In this document: positions 42,759 through 52,508 of the stretch, in pieces
Layout of the letters: each line of letters starts with the position of its first letter
Numbering within the stretch: the stretch's first letter is position 1
Source: Oscillospiraceae bacterium
GTDB lineage: Bacteria > Bacillota > Clostridia > Oscillospirales > Oscillospiraceae
Assembly (NCBI GenBank): GCA_024691985.1
Contig: JAILNC010000099.1
Coordinates: 18,606-82,605, forward strand
Direction: 5' to 3'
DNA length: 64,000 nucleotides
Translations under genes and position numbers: made by a program
Notes under the pieces: model-generated
What the model saw: only the letters and a program-made list of their open reading frames with translations
Told to the model about the DNA's origin: nothing
Database searches by the model: none

Positions 42759-45011
42759 TCAGTCGGTCGGGTCGTTGTCCGCCCAGATCGAGACGTCCCC
42801 AAAGCGTTTATCGCGGCAGGCCTCCATCACGACGGAGGCCACGAGCGCGCGGATACCCTGCGCACGCGGGGCATAGATCATCACACGGTAGCGGTAGCGG
42901 TTGTTCACCTTTGCCACCGCGAGGGGGGCCGGGCCGAGGATGTGCGCGCCGGAGGACGGATCGGCAAGCTCGTCCAGACGCTGCCGCAGCGCGCGGCAGG
43001 CGCGAACGACATGGTCCTCGTTCTCGCCGGAGACCGTCACCGCCAGAAGCTCCGAAAACGGCGGGGTGTTCTGGAGCCTGCGCAGCTCGAGCTCGGAGGC
43101 ATAAAAGGCCTCGTAGTCCTGCGCCGCCGCCTGTACGATGATCTCATTGTCCGGGGTGTAGGTCTGGATGACGGCGCGGCCCGGCTTGGCGCCGCGGCCG
43201 CTGCGCCCAACGACCTGCGTGATGAGGGAGAAGGTGCGCTCCCCCGCCCGGTAGTCGCCCGCGTAGAGACTCTGGTCGGCGGAGATCACGCCCACCAGCG
43301 TCACGTTCTCAAAATTCAGCCCCTTGGTCACCATCTGCGTGCCGACCATGATGGGGATACGCTCTTCCCGGAAACGGTCCAGCAGCTTCTCGTGGGAACC
43401 GGCGGGCGTGACCGTATCGGTATCCATACGGAGGATCTGTGTGTCGGGAAAGAGCTCCTTCAGCTCGGTCTCGACCATCTGGGTGCCCGCGCCGATGCGG
43501 CGGAGCGTTCCCCCGCATTCGGGACAGGCAGCGTCCGGGCGGCGGGAATAGCCGCAATAGTGACAGATCAGGCGGTCGGAGACGCTGTGATAGGTCAAAG
43601 AGACGCTGCAGCGGGGACAGCGGTAGGTATAGCCGCACTCCCCGCAGCTCACGAGGCGGTTGGCCCCGCGGCGGTTGATGAACAGGATGCTCTGCTCCCC
43701 GCGCGTGAGATTGGTCTCGATCTGATCACGCAGGAGCGTGCTGATGCTGCCGCCGTTGCCGCGGCGCAGCTCGCGCTTCATGTCGACGATCTCGACCGCG
43801 GGCAGCGCCTGCTCGTTGTAGCGGCTCTCCAGGCGGAAAAAGCCGTAGCGCCCCGTCTGCGCGGCGTACATGCTGGTCAGCTCCGGCGTGGCCGAGCCGA
43901 GAAGCAGCAGGCAGCCCGCCTTCGCGCAGCGGTATTTCGCCACGTCGCGCGCGTTGTAGCGGGGGATGTTCTCGGATTTGTAGGTCTCCTCCTGCTCCTC
44001 GTCGATAATGAGCAGGCCAAGGTCCTCGCAGGGGGCGAAGACCGCGCTGCGCGTGCCGATGACCACGCGCGCCTTGCCGCTTTTGACGCGTTTCCACTCG
44101 TCGTAGCGCTCCCCGACCGGGAGGCTCGAATGGAGGACGGCCACCTCGTTTCCGAAGTGGGAGGAAAAGGTCTGGATCATCTGCGGCGTCAGCGCGATCT
44201 CCGGGACAAGAAGAATGACGCCCCGTCCACGGCGGAGCTGACGGTCGATCAGATGAATATAAACGCTTGTCTTGCCGCTGCCCGTGACGCCGAAGAGCAG
44301 GGCCGCGCCGCTCTCGCCGGACTCAGCCAGAGCGCTGATGCCCGAAAAGGCGCGCTCCTGCTCCTCCGAAAGTGTGGGAAGCGGCTGGGTTTCCCCGACA
44401 TGGATCTGGACGCGGCGATATGTCTCGCGCTGATAAAGCTCCACAAGTCCGGCCTTTTCCAGCGCCTTGAGCGAGGATCGTCCCGCGCCCGCATGCACGA
44501 GCAGTTCCCGGGTCGGAATGGCCTCAAAGGCGGCGAGCTGCTCCAGGATCGCGGACTGTGTGGGCGAACGCAGGCGTTTCGCCTGCGCCGCTTCCATGGC
44601 ATCCTCGGGCGGGAGCAGGAGCCTTGCCATCTCCTGCGTCTTGTCATGGGCGCGGCGGCGGCCCTCCTCGTCGAACCAGAGGCCGGCGGGCAGCATGGCG
44701 CGCACGGCGTCATAGACCGTACAGAAGAAGCGTTCACGCATGAAGAAGGCAAGCTTGAGCTGTGAGGGCGTCAGCACCGGCGCCTCATCCAGCACGCTAA
44801 GGATCGCCTTGAGCGGGCGGTCAAAGCTGCTGTCCTCCGTTACGGCGAGCAGCACGCCCTCTGTCCGACGGTTGCCGCGGGAAAAGGGCACGTACACGCG
44901 CACGCCGGGAACGGCCTTCTCCGCCAGCTCCGCGGGGATCAGGTAGTCGTAAGGCTTGTCCAGCCAATATGTGGCGGCCGAGACCGCGATTTTCGCGACG
45001 AGCCTGGACAT
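42759..45011 (-). CDS. priA: Primosomal protein N' (replication restart helicase)
   Basis: Contains Walker A GVTGSGKT, DEEQ and a Cys-rich zinc region CGECGYTYRCPRCSVSLTYH…CHYCGY…CPECG. Confidence 0.9.
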   Translation of the reverse strand: MSRLVAKIAVSAATYWLDKPYDYLIPAELAEKAVPGVRVYVPFSRGNRRTEGVLLAVTEDSSFDRPLKAILSVLDEAPVLTPSQLKLAFFMRERFFCTVYDAVRAMLPAGLWFDEEGRRRAHDKTQEMARLLLPPEDAMEAAQAKRLRSPTQSAILEQLAAFEAIPTRELLVHAGAGRSSLKALEKAGLVELYQRETYRRVQIHVGETQPLPTLSEEQERAFSGISALAESGESGAALLFGVTGSGKTSVYIHLIDRQLRRGRGVILLVPEIALTPQMIQTFSSHFGNEVAVLHSSLPVGERYDEWKRVKSGKARVVIGTRSAVFAPCEDLGLLIIDEEQEETYKSENIPRYNARDVAKYRCAKAGCLLLLGSATPELTSMYAAQTGRYGFFRLESRYNEQALPAVEIVDMKRELRRGNGGSISTLLRDQIETNLTRGEQSILFINRRGANRLVSCGECGYTYRCPRCSVSLTYHSVSDRLICHYCGYSRRPDAACPECGGTLRRIGAGTQMVETELKELFPDTQILRMDTDTVTPAGSHEKLLDRFREERIPIMVGTQMVTKGLNFENVTLVGVISADQSLYAGDYRAGERTFSLITQVVGRSGRGAKPGRAVIQTYTPDNEIIVQAAAQDYEAFYASELELRRLQNTPPFSELLAVTVSGENEDHVVRACRALRQRLDELADPSSGAHILGPAPLAVAKVNNRYRYRVMIYAPRAQGIRALVASVVMEACRDKRFGDVSIWADNDPTD

Positions 45012-45043
45012 GCGGCGTACCTCCGCGCAGATGTCTTGAGCTT

Positions 45044-45140
45044 GTCATTCTGAGCGGAGCCGCGTAAGCGGCGCAGTCGAAGAATCTGTATGCTCCGGGC
45101 GGAAAAGATCCTTCGACTCGCTTCGCTCGCTCAGGATGAC
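45044..45140. repeat. Nested palindromic REP-like element (GTCATTCTGAGCG…CGCTCAGGATGAC)
   Basis: The outer inverted repeat is GTCATTCTGAGCG/CGCTCAGGATGAC. The inner inverted repeat is GTCGAAG/CTTCGAC, plus GCCGC-gtaa-GCGGC. Its GTCATT terminus matches that of the 10184 and 24873 elements. Confidence 0.6.
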
Positions 45141-45174
45141 AGATAAAGATTTGGCTGTTTCAGCGTACTGATCC

Positions 45175-45366
45175 TTATTTCTTGATGCTGAGCTTGCCGG
45201 TGTACACCTCGTCGATGGCGGCGGAAACAGCCTTGCGCTCCAGCGGGAGCTGCTTTTCCTCGGCCTCGGCGGACAGGGTCCTGGCGCGTCTCGCGACGAG
45301 ATTCACGAGCTGGTAGCGGCTGCCGATCTTATCGACGAGCTCGGCGACGGGGGGATAAAGCATCAT
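45175..45366 (-). CDS. rpoZ: DNA-directed RNA polymerase subunit omega
   Basis: MMLYPPVAELVDKIGSRYQLVNLVARRARTL…. Confidence 0.85.
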   Translation of the reverse strand: MMLYPPVAELVDKIGSRYQLVNLVARRARTLSAEAEEKQLPLERKAVSAAIDEVYTGKLSIKK

Positions 45367-45417
45367 AGTGAGTTCTCCATTCTGCCGCTTTCTGCCGCGG
45401 CGGGCGATTTTACATTT

Positions 45418-46017
45418 TTACAGCTTTTTCAGCCAGGCGGCGCGGTCTGAAAAGCGCCAGTGCGCAGCCTCGATGATGGCGTCCAGAGCATGGGCCGCGT
45501 TATCAAGATCCTCGTTGACGATGAGGTAGTCGTAGAATTCGGCCTCATGAAACTCCTGCCGCGCGCGTTCCAGTCTCGAGGCGACGGCCTCCTCCGTATC
45601 GGTCCCGCGGCTGCGCAGGCGCTGCTCCAGCACCTCGAGCGAGGGTGGCGCGATGAAGATCATCACGGCCTCGGGCATCGCCGCTCTTACCTGCCGCGCG
45701 CCCTGTACCTCAATATCGAGCAGGACATTCATGCCCTCTTTCAGCTTTTGCTCCACGAAGGCCCGGGGCGTTCCGTAGCCGTTGGAGACATACTCGGCAT
45801 ATTCGAGCAGCTCGTCCCGCTCGACCATCTCGTGAAAGCGGGTACGGTCAATGAAGAAATACTCCCTGCCGTCCACCTCGCCGGGGCGGGGTGCGCGCGT
45901 CGTGACCGAGGTCGAAAAGCAGACGTCCGTCCGCCCCTCGATCGCCCTGTTCACCACGGTGCTTTTGCCCACGCCGGAGGGCCCGGAGATCACGATCAGT
46001 CTGCCCGTTTCATTCAT
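45418..46017 (-). CDS. gmk: Guanylate kinase
   Basis: [10 protein letters not shown]-loop and …[17 protein letters not shown]…. Confidence 0.95.
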   Translation of the reverse strand: MNETGRLIVISGPSGVGKSTVVNRAIEGRTDVCFSTSVTTRAPRPGEVDGREYFFIDRTRFHEMVERDELLEYAEYVSNGYGTPRAFVEQKLKEGMNVLLDIEVQGARQVRAAMPEAVMIFIAPPSLEVLEQRLRSRGTDTEEAVASRLERARQEFHEAEFYDYLIVNEDLDNAAHALDAIIEAAHWRFSDRAAWLKKL

Positions 46018-46273
46018 CTGTCAAACCGCCTTCCTGCTGTTTCTCCGCACAGCGCGCCGCGATGGTCTCAGGCGGGAGCGCGGAGAGGATGACATTGCCG
46101 CTGTCCATGGTGATGACGGAACGCGTGCTGCGCCCGAAGGAGGCGTCGATCAGCAGGCCGCGCTCACGCACTTCCTGGATCATGCGCTTGATCGGCGCGG
46201 ACTCCGGCGAGACGATGGCGACGATCCGCTCCGCCGAGACAAGGTTGCCGAAGCCGATGCTCACAAGCTTCAT
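46010..46273 (-). CDS. remA: Extracellular matrix/biofilm regulator RemA (DUF370)
   Basis: [48 protein letters not shown]…. Confidence 0.85.
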   Translation of the reverse strand: MKLVSIGFGNLVSAERIVAIVSPESAPIKRMIQEVRERGLLIDASFGRSTRSVITMDSGNVILSALPPETIAARCAEKQQEGGLTDE

Positions 46274-46283
46274 GTCGGCGCCC

Positions 46284-47162
46284 TCACTCGATGTTCTGGA
46301 TCTGCTCGCGGATCTTTTCGATCTCGGATTTGAGATCCACGACCGTGTGCGCGATCTGGGAGCTCTGGCATTTGGAGCCGATGGTGTTGGCCTCGCGGTT
46401 GAACTCCTGGATCAGAAAGTCGATCTTCCTGCCCGTGGGCGAGCTGCCGTCGATCATGGTGCGCAGCTGGCTCATGTGGCTGCGCAGACGCACGGTCTCC
46501 TCATCCACGGCGATATGGTCGGCAAAGATCGCAGCCTCCGCGAGGATGCGGTTCTCGTCAATGCCGGCCGTGCCCAGGACCTCGGCCATCTTCGCCTCGA
46601 GCCGGGCGCGGTATTCCGCCACGGTCTGCGGCGCGGCCTCCTCGACCGTACGCACCAGCGCGTCGATGGTCCCAAGCCGGGAGAGCACGTCGTCCCGGAG
46701 CTTCGCCCCCTCGCGCAGGCGCATGGCTTCAAAGTCGCAGAGGGCACGCTCGGCGATCTCCACGACGCCCGCGGTAATGGCGTCGGCGTCCAAATCCTTC
46801 TTCTCGACGCACAGCACGTCAGGGAAGCGGCTTACAGCCGTCGCCGTCACATCGTCCGGAAGCGAATACTCCGCCGCGATCGAACGCAGCGCGTCCAGAT
46901 AGCCCTTCAGAAGCGCTTCGTTGACCTTGACGGTCATGTCCCCGGCGGAGGCGGTGTCCACACTCACGAACACGTCGACCTTGCCGCGGCTGATGTGCTT
47001 CTGCACGGCGGCCTTGACCGCATCCTCAGCAAAAAGGAAGCTGCGGGGCATGCGTACGGACGCGTCCAGATAGCGGTTGTTGACGCTCTTGAGTTCCACG
47101 CTGATGTTCAGGCCCTCGACAGTGCCCTTGGCGCTGCCGTAGCCGGTCATGCTTTTGATCAT
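46284..47162 (-). CDS. yicC: YicC-family stress-induced endoribonuclease
   Basis: MIKSMTGYG… at the N-terminus and …[12 protein letters not shown]… at the C-terminus. Confidence 0.85.
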   Translation of the reverse strand: MIKSMTGYGSAKGTVEGLNISVELKSVNNRYLDASVRMPRSFLFAEDAVKAAVQKHISRGKVDVFVSVDTASAGDMTVKVNEALLKGYLDALRSIAAEYSLPDDVTATAVSRFPDVLCVEKKDLDADAITAGVVEIAERALCDFEAMRLREGAKLRDDVLSRLGTIDALVRTVEEAAPQTVAEYRARLEAKMAEVLGTAGIDENRILAEAAIFADHIAVDEETVRLRSHMSQLRTMIDGSSPTGRKIDFLIQEFNREANTIGSKCQSSQIAHTVVDLKSEIEKIREQIQNIE

Positions 47163-47174
47163 AAATCCTCCGCC

Positions 47175-47582
47175 CTATTGAAGGGAAATGATATCGAACG
47201 TAATGGCGTTTTTGTTTTTGCCGAGACGCTGACTGAGCACGACGGTCACGGCCCCGAGCACGATCCCGGCGAAGGTCGCGAGGATGCACAGCCCCTCCCC
47301 CGCGCCGAGGGACCAGGCCGCGAAGTAACCCAGCACCGCCAGGACGATCGGCAGGATATAGACCAGAAGGATCGCCCCGTAAACCTTTGACGACCTGCTC
47401 TCGATCACGACGCGCTGCCCGGGCCTCGCTCCGATCAGATTGCGCGCCGGGGTTTTCAGCTCGCTCTGGAAGACGCAGGCCTCACAGCTGGCGCAGTTTG
47501 AGCCGCAGGCGGTGCCGCGGCTGACCACGACCTCGGCCATGCCGCCGTCAAGACAGCGATATACGATGGCGTCCTGCGTCAT
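47175..47582 (-). CDS. RseC/MucC-family (SoxR-reducing-system-type) small membrane protein
   Basis: N-terminal beta domain with CGSNCASCEAC, then two TM helices (…YGAILLVYILPIVLAVLGYFAA…). The start overlaps the cdaR stop (ATGA at 47579-47582). Confidence 0.75.
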   Translation of the reverse strand: MTQDAIVYRCLDGGMAEVVVSRGTACGSNCASCEACVFQSELKTPARNLIGARPGQRVVIESRSSKVYGAILLVYILPIVLAVLGYFAAWSLGAGEGLCILATFAGIVLGAVTVVLSQRLGKNKNAITFDIISLQ

Positions 47583-48832
47583 GCTCCCGTCCTCTGGATA
47601 TCGACCGCGATGTCGTAGTGGCCGATCGCCCCGACATCCGTGAAGCCGTCCACATAGATGCGGACTCTCGGCATGTAGGTACCGGTCGAGCCGCCCATGT
47701 CCGTCAGATCCGCGACCGCGCGGATATTCTCGTCCTTGATCTGGGCAAGACTCTCGGGATTGCCGCGCAGCTTGACCTCGAGACTCTCCGTCCCGATCGT
47801 GGCCTCAAAGCCCTCGGGCAGATTGGCATAGTCGATGTTCGTCACCTTGAAGGTCTTCGTCTCCAGACCAATGATCTCGACCGTGACCTTCGCCTCGGTC
47901 GCGCCGGTGGTGTTCTCGAGCGTGTTGTCGATGGAGATGGGATAGGTCTCGCTGAAGCTGGAGGCGAACTCCGTCAGATCAATGGTCGCGAGATTGATTT
48001 TGTTCAGGCCGGACAGGAGCTTCGAGTCGCCCGCCAGCGAGATCGACGCAGGCTCGATCGTGACCTTGGTGTTCTCCGCTGTCGCGCCGCCGCCGTCTAC
48101 CAGATTGACGCCGAGCTGGACCTCCTTGAGCATCAGAATCGGAAGCGTTGCGATCACCGTATCCGTCGAAACGCTGAGCCCTGCCGTCTTGGCCGGCATC
48201 CCGTCCGCGCCCATCAGCGTGTAGCCCGTCTCGACCTCGTAGGTGCTGTCCACATCCTCCTTGCCGAAGGAGACCCATGCGTATTCAATGTCCTTCAGAT
48301 TGGCCTCCGGTCCGGAGACCGTGATGGTGGCCGGCTCAAAAACCGGCGTCCTCGCCGTATAGTCCTTCGCGATCGAGCCGTCGAAGCTGCCGCGCACCTG
48401 CACGGATTTCGAGGTCAGCTGCGTGACGAGGAAGTTGATCGTCTCCGGCGTTTTGCTCGTTACGCGGAGATTGGAGGTGTCCGTCCCTTCCGGAAAGATG
48501 ACCGAATACTGCTGCGAGGTATAGGCCGCGCGCGAGAGCTTTGAGACGTCGATCTTTGCGGACAGCATGCTCGCATCAAGCCCCGCCACGATGCGTCGCG
48601 GGCCCACGACATCGACCTCAACCGAGCCTTCGTACAAATCCGTGATGACCAGATTTTTGGTATCGCGCAAATAATCCTCACCAGTATACTCGATCGCTAC
48701 GCCTTTGAAGGTTTTTGTGTATTCATCGCCCTCCACGCTCGAGACGTAGACCCAGATGGTCAGCGACATGAGCAGAGATACGATCATCCAGAAAGCGCTG
48801 CTTTCATATATTTTTTTGATTTTCGTTTTCAT
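47579..48832 (-). CDS. cdaR: YbbR-domain protein CdaR (diadenylate cyclase regulator)
   Basis: N-terminal TM segment followed by repeated YbbR-like beta modules. It lies immediately downstream of cdaA and overlaps it. Confidence 0.8.
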   Translation of the reverse strand: MKTKIKKIYESSAFWMIVSLLMSLTIWVYVSSVEGDEYTKTFKGVAIEYTGEDYLRDTKNLVITDLYEGSVEVDVVGPRRIVAGLDASMLSAKIDVSKLSRAAYTSQQYSVIFPEGTDTSNLRVTSKTPETINFLVTQLTSKSVQVRGSFDGSIAKDYTARTPVFEPATITVSGPEANLKDIEYAWVSFGKEDVDSTYEVETGYTLMGADGMPAKTAGLSVSTDTVIATLPILMLKEVQLGVNLVDGGGATAENTKVTIEPASISLAGDSKLLSGLNKINLATIDLTEFASSFSETYPISIDNTLENTTGATEAKVTVEIIGLETKTFKVTNIDYANLPEGFEATIGTESLEVKLRGNPESLAQIKDENIRAVADLTDMGGSTGTYMPRVRIYVDGFTDVGAIGHYDIAVDIQRTGA

Positions 48833-49697
48833 TGTCGATCTCAGCTCCTGTAAAGAGACTCTTCATCCAGTTCTTCATGTTTGTCCTGCTGTCCGTTTTC
48901 TCCTCGGGGATCAGGTTCTCCATGAGAACCTTCCTGAGCTCGTCCGCGCTCAGGTGGCGTTTTAATTCTCCCTTGTTCAGCGCCACCGAAATCGCGCCGG
49001 ACTGCTCCGAAACGATCACGACAAGCGCGTCCGATTCCTCACAGACGCCGAGGGCCGCGCGGTGGCGCATCCCGAGATCCCGGCTCAGATTCGTCCTGCC
49101 GGTCAGCGGCAGCATACAGCCCGCGGCCTCGATTCGCCCGTCGCGGATGATCACGGCGCCGTCATGCAGCGGCGAGTTTTTGAAAAACAGGTTCATCAGC
49201 AGGTCGGCGCTCGTATCGCCGTTGACGATCGTGCCCGTCGAGATCACCGCGGCCAGCGAGACAGAGCGCTCAAACACGATCAGCGCGCCCGTGGGCGGCT
49301 TCGTCGCAGCCATGTCCATACAGGCCCGCACCGTCTGGTCGATGCAGTCCGCCATCACGCCCGCGGTACCGGAGCGCAGAGAGTTCAGCGAGCTGCCGAC
49401 GCGCTCAAGCGCACGGCGCAGCTCGGGCTGGAAAATGATCACGAGCGCGATGACGCCCAACTCCACAACCTTGCGCAGGATGAACTTGATCATGATCAGG
49501 CCGAAGAATTCGGACAGCCACAGCGCAAGCAGGAGCATGATGACGCCCTTGGCAAGGTTGATGAAGTTGGACTTTCGCACAAATCCGATCAGCCAGTAGA
49601 TCAGAAAGGCGACGATGATGATATCAACAAAATCGGAAATGCCGATGGTCGTCAGATAGCTGCCGGCCCGGCTGAGCGCATTGGTGATCGTTTCCAT
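48804..49697 (-). CDS. cdaA: Diadenylate cyclase CdaA (DisA_N/DAC domain)
   Basis: Three N-terminal TM helices, then …GALIVFER…PLHDGAVIIRDGRIEAAGCMLPL…GMRHRAALG…VVIVSEQSGAISVA. Confidence 0.9.
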   Translation of the reverse strand: METITNALSRAGSYLTTIGISDFVDIIIVAFLIYWLIGFVRKSNFINLAKGVIMLLLALWLSEFFGLIMIKFILRKVVELGVIALVIIFQPELRRALERVGSSLNSLRSGTAGVMADCIDQTVRACMDMAATKPPTGALIVFERSVSLAAVISTGTIVNGDTSADLLMNLFFKNSPLHDGAVIIRDGRIEAAGCMLPLTGRTNLSRDLGMRHRAALGVCEESDALVVIVSEQSGAISVALNKGELKRHLSADELRKVLMENLIPEEKTDSRTNMKNWMKSLFTGAEIDNENENQKNI

Positions 49698-49752
49698 ACC
49701 CGTTTCCCCATGTCCGCAGTTCGTAAGCTTTCGTTGAATAACTAACTAAGTT

Positions 49753-49781
49753 ATTATATCGCAGAAATGAGGAAAAGGCAA
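49753..49781 (-). promoter_or_regulatory. Candidate sigma-A promoter of the cdaA operon
   Basis: The minus strand reads TTGCCT-17 nt-TATAAT. Confidence 0.45.
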
Positions 49782-49786
49782 TAACC

Positions 49787-50908
49787 TTAACGTATCCGCC
49801 GCAACAATTCTCCTAGGATCCCGACAAAGCGCGAAAGCTCCGCCGCGCTTGTGAAGGGAGACAGGCTGGCACGGATCGTCCCGGTCTCCAACGTGCCGGC
49901 GCTCCGGTGCGCAAGCGGGGCGCAGTGCAGACCGCTGCGCACGCATACGCCGTGCGAAGTCAGCAGCTGCGCCGCCTCCTCGCAGTCGAAGTCCCGGAGA
50001 CGGAAGGACAGGACGCCGCTCTGCGTCCCCGTCGGTCCGGCAAACACTTCGACGCCGTCCAGTGCCGACAGACGCTCTGTCAGCTCGGCGAGCAGCGTCT
50101 GCTCGTGCGCGGCGATCGAGGACGTGCCGCGCTCGAGGACGTACTGCATCCCGGCGGTCAGGCCCGCCGCGCCGGGGACATTGTGCGTCCCGGCCTCGAG
50201 ACGGTCCGGCAGCCAGTCGGGCATGGTCTGCTCGCGGCTGTCGGAGCCGGAACCGCCCGCGAGCAGGGGCTCCCCCTCCCGGCCGCAGAGCAGGAGCCCT
50301 GTGCCCTGCGGGCCGAGCAGGCCCTTGTGACCGGGCATCGCCACGAAGGCCGCGCCGAGTCGCGTGAAGTCCACGTCGAGGATACCGGCTGACTGGGAGG
50401 CGTCCACGATCAGGGGCACAGTGTACTCTCTGCAGAGCCCGGCGAGCTCGTAGACCGGCAGGATGAAGCCGAAGACGTTGGAGACATGCGTGCAGACGAC
50501 AAGCTCCGCGTCCGCCAGACGCGCGCGGAAGGCCTCAAGCGCAGCGTCCTGGTCAAAGAGCGGGGATTCGGCGACGAGGATCTCCGCGCCCAGCAGGTGC
50601 AGCGGGCGGGTCACGGAATTGTGTTCATAGCCGGAGATCAGTACGCGCGTGCCGGGTTTGACCAGCGAGCGGATGGCGAGGTTCAGGCCGTGGGTTGCGT
50701 TCATGGTGAGCACGACGCGCTCCGGGTCCGGGACGTTGAAGAGCCGGGCCGCCGTCTCGCGGCAGCGGTACACGGTTTCGGCGGCGCACATGGCGGGCTC
50801 ATGACCGCCGCGGCCCGGGCTCGCGCAGCTTCGCATAGCGCGCAGCATCTCGCGTCCGACAGACAGGGGCTTTACGAGACTCGTCGCGGCGGAGTCAAGG
50901 TAGATCAA
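49787..50908 (-). CDS. Aminotransferase class V / cysteine desulfurase family protein
   Basis: MIYLDSAATSLVKP…, with the PLP-lysine region …MPGHKGLLGPQGTG… and C-terminal …VRSGLHCAPLAH…. Confidence 0.85.
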   Translation of the reverse strand: MIYLDSAATSLVKPLSVGREMLRAMRSCASPGRGGHEPAMCAAETVYRCRETAARLFNVPDPERVVLTMNATHGLNLAIRSLVKPGTRVLISGYEHNSVTRPLHLLGAEILVAESPLFDQDAALEAFRARLADAELVVCTHVSNVFGFILPVYELAGLCREYTVPLIVDASQSAGILDVDFTRLGAAFVAMPGHKGLLGPQGTGLLLCGREGEPLLAGGSGSDSREQTMPDWLPDRLEAGTHNVPGAAGLTAGMQYVLERGTSSIAAHEQTLLAELTERLSALDGVEVFAGPTGTQSGVLSFRLRDFDCEEAAQLLTSHGVCVRSGLHCAPLAHRSAGTLETGTIRASLSPFTSAAELSRFVGILGELLRRIR

Positions 50909-51155
50909 GTTCCGTCACCTCCCGGTATTCCCCCTCGTCCGAGCGGCTGTAGAGACGTCCGGTCAGCAGATGATTCTTCTTCAAAAGCGCGACCGCCTCC
51001 GGGAAGCGGCGCGTGACGCTCAGCGCGTAGCCGCAGCCGTACTCGCGCAGGCGCAGCGGCGCCTTGATGATCGGCGCGTCGATGCCGCGGCGCTCCAGGA
51101 CGGCCGCCGCCCTCTGCGCGTAGGTCAGGGAGCGGCAAAGGATCAGATAGCGCAA
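50895..51155 (-). CDS. DUF3343-like small protein (putative Se/S carrier-like); TTG start
   Basis: (L)RYLILCRSLTYAQRAAAVLERRGIDAPIIKAPLRLREYGCGYAL… has AAAGGAAG 9 nt upstream of the TTG at 51155. The ATG-initiated 157-aa ORF overlaps ispF and looks non-coding. Confidence 0.5.
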   Translation of the reverse strand: MRYLILCRSLTYAQRAAAVLERRGIDAPIIKAPLRLREYGCGYALSVTRRFPEAVALLKKNHLLTGRLYSRSDEGEYREVTELDLP

Positions 51156-51276
51156 ATTGGTTCGCTTCCTTTCGCAAAGATAAAAAAAGTCCCGCACGAA
51201 AAACCGTGCGGGACGTGTTGGTCTGTTTTGTTGGCGCACAGGTCTGCAGCATCCTATGCGCAGGAGGAGAAAAGTG

Positions 51277-51750
51277 TCAGCCGTTTTCCAGCAGCGCCAC
51301 GGCGTGGGCCGCGATGCCCAGCCCCTCGCCGGAAAAGCCGAGGCCCTCCTCTGTAGTCGCCTTGACACTGACCTGAGATACCCCGACCTCCATCGCGGCG
51401 GCGAGCTTTTCTCGCATGGCCGGGATTTGGGGAGCGAGCTTCGGGCGCTGGGCGACGACCGTGCAGTCGACGTTGCCGACGCGAAAGCCTTTCTCCTTCA
51501 GCAGGGCGCAGACACGGCGGAGCAGCTCTACGCTGTCGGCCCCCTCGTAGGCGGGGTCCCTGTCGGGGAAATGCTGACCGATGTCCCCCAGTGCGGCGGC
51601 GCCGAGCAGGGCGTCCATGAGCGCGTGCGTGAGCACGTCGGCGTCGGAGTGGCCGAGCAGACCCTTTTCCCAGGGGATTTCCACCCCGCCGAGGATCAGC
51701 TTCCGGCCTTCGACCAGGCGGTGCACGTCATACCCATAGCCGATTCGCAT
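51277..51750 (-). CDS. ispF: 2-C-methyl-D-erythritol 2,4-cyclodiphosphate synthase
   Basis: [26 protein letters not shown]…[11 protein letters not shown]…. Confidence 0.95.
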   Translation of the reverse strand: MRIGYGYDVHRLVEGRKLILGGVEIPWEKGLLGHSDADVLTHALMDALLGAAALGDIGQHFPDRDPAYEGADSVELLRRVCALLKEKGFRVGNVDCTVVAQRPKLAPQIPAMREKLAAAMEVGVSQVSVKATTEEGLGFSGEGLGIAAHAVALLENG

Positions 51751-52474
51751 TGTAATCCCCTCTCGCGTTGACGATCGCCTCCGCCGTCACGAGGTCGTCC
51801 GGCGTGGTGATCTTGATGTTGGAGGCCTCGCCCTCGACAAGATAGGTCTTGATGCCCATCATGTCCATGGCGGAGCAGTCGTCCGTCAGGGTCAGGCCCT
51901 TGGTGACGGCCTTCGTCAGCGCGCCCTTGATGAGATCGGCCTCGAAGACCTGCGGGGTCTGGACGCGGCGGATGCTCTCGCGGTCGACGGTTGCGGCGAC
52001 AAAGCCCTTCTCGTCCACGGCCTTGAGCGTGTCGGTGCTGGCGATGGCGGGCACGGCGGAACGGTACTTCTGCGCGGCATAGATGGTGCGCTCGATCAAC
52101 TCGCCGCTGACCAGCGGGCGCGCGCCGTCGTGGATGGCGATGTATTCCGCCCCGTGCCGGGCTGCGGAGACGCCTGCCAGAGCGGATTCCATACGCGTCG
52201 CGCCGCCGCTGACGACCTGGCGGACCTTGTGCAGGCCATTTTTGTAGCAGAGATCGGCGATCTCCTCCAGCCTGTCGGTACGGGTGACGATGATGATCTC
52301 GTCGACGAGCGGGCAGTTTTCAAACGCGAGGATGGTCCGGGCGAGCACGGGCATGGCGCCGAGCTTCATCATCAGCTTGTCGCTGCCCATGCGCTGGGAG
52401 GAGCCGGCCGCGACGATGACCGCCGAGCAGACGGGCGGTTTCTCTTTTTTCTTCAGCAGGGACAAAGGATTCAT
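51728..52474 (-). CDS. ispD: 2-C-methyl-D-erythritol 4-phosphate cytidylyltransferase
   Basis: …[17 protein letters not shown]…IHDGARPLV…. It overlaps ispF. Confidence 0.9.
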   Translation of the reverse strand: MNPLSLLKKKEKPPVCSAVIVAAGSSQRMGSDKLMMKLGAMPVLARTILAFENCPLVDEIIIVTRTDRLEEIADLCYKNGLHKVRQVVSGGATRMESALAGVSAARHGAEYIAIHDGARPLVSGELIERTIYAAQKYRSAVPAIASTDTLKAVDEKGFVAATVDRESIRRVQTPQVFEADLIKGALTKAVTKGLTLTDDCSAMDMMGIKTYLVEGEASNIKITTPDDLVTAEAIVNARGDYNANRLWV

Positions 52475-52508
52475 GTTTTCGCCTCCGTTAAAGCCGGGAG
52501 AATGTCGC

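Noticed and set aside
50895-51368. 157-aa ATG-initiated version of the DUF3343-like ORF
   Set aside because: Its first ~70 residues overlap the 3' end of ispF and look non-coding. A TTG at 51155 with AAAGGAAG upstream gives the expected ~86-aa DUF3343-sized protein.
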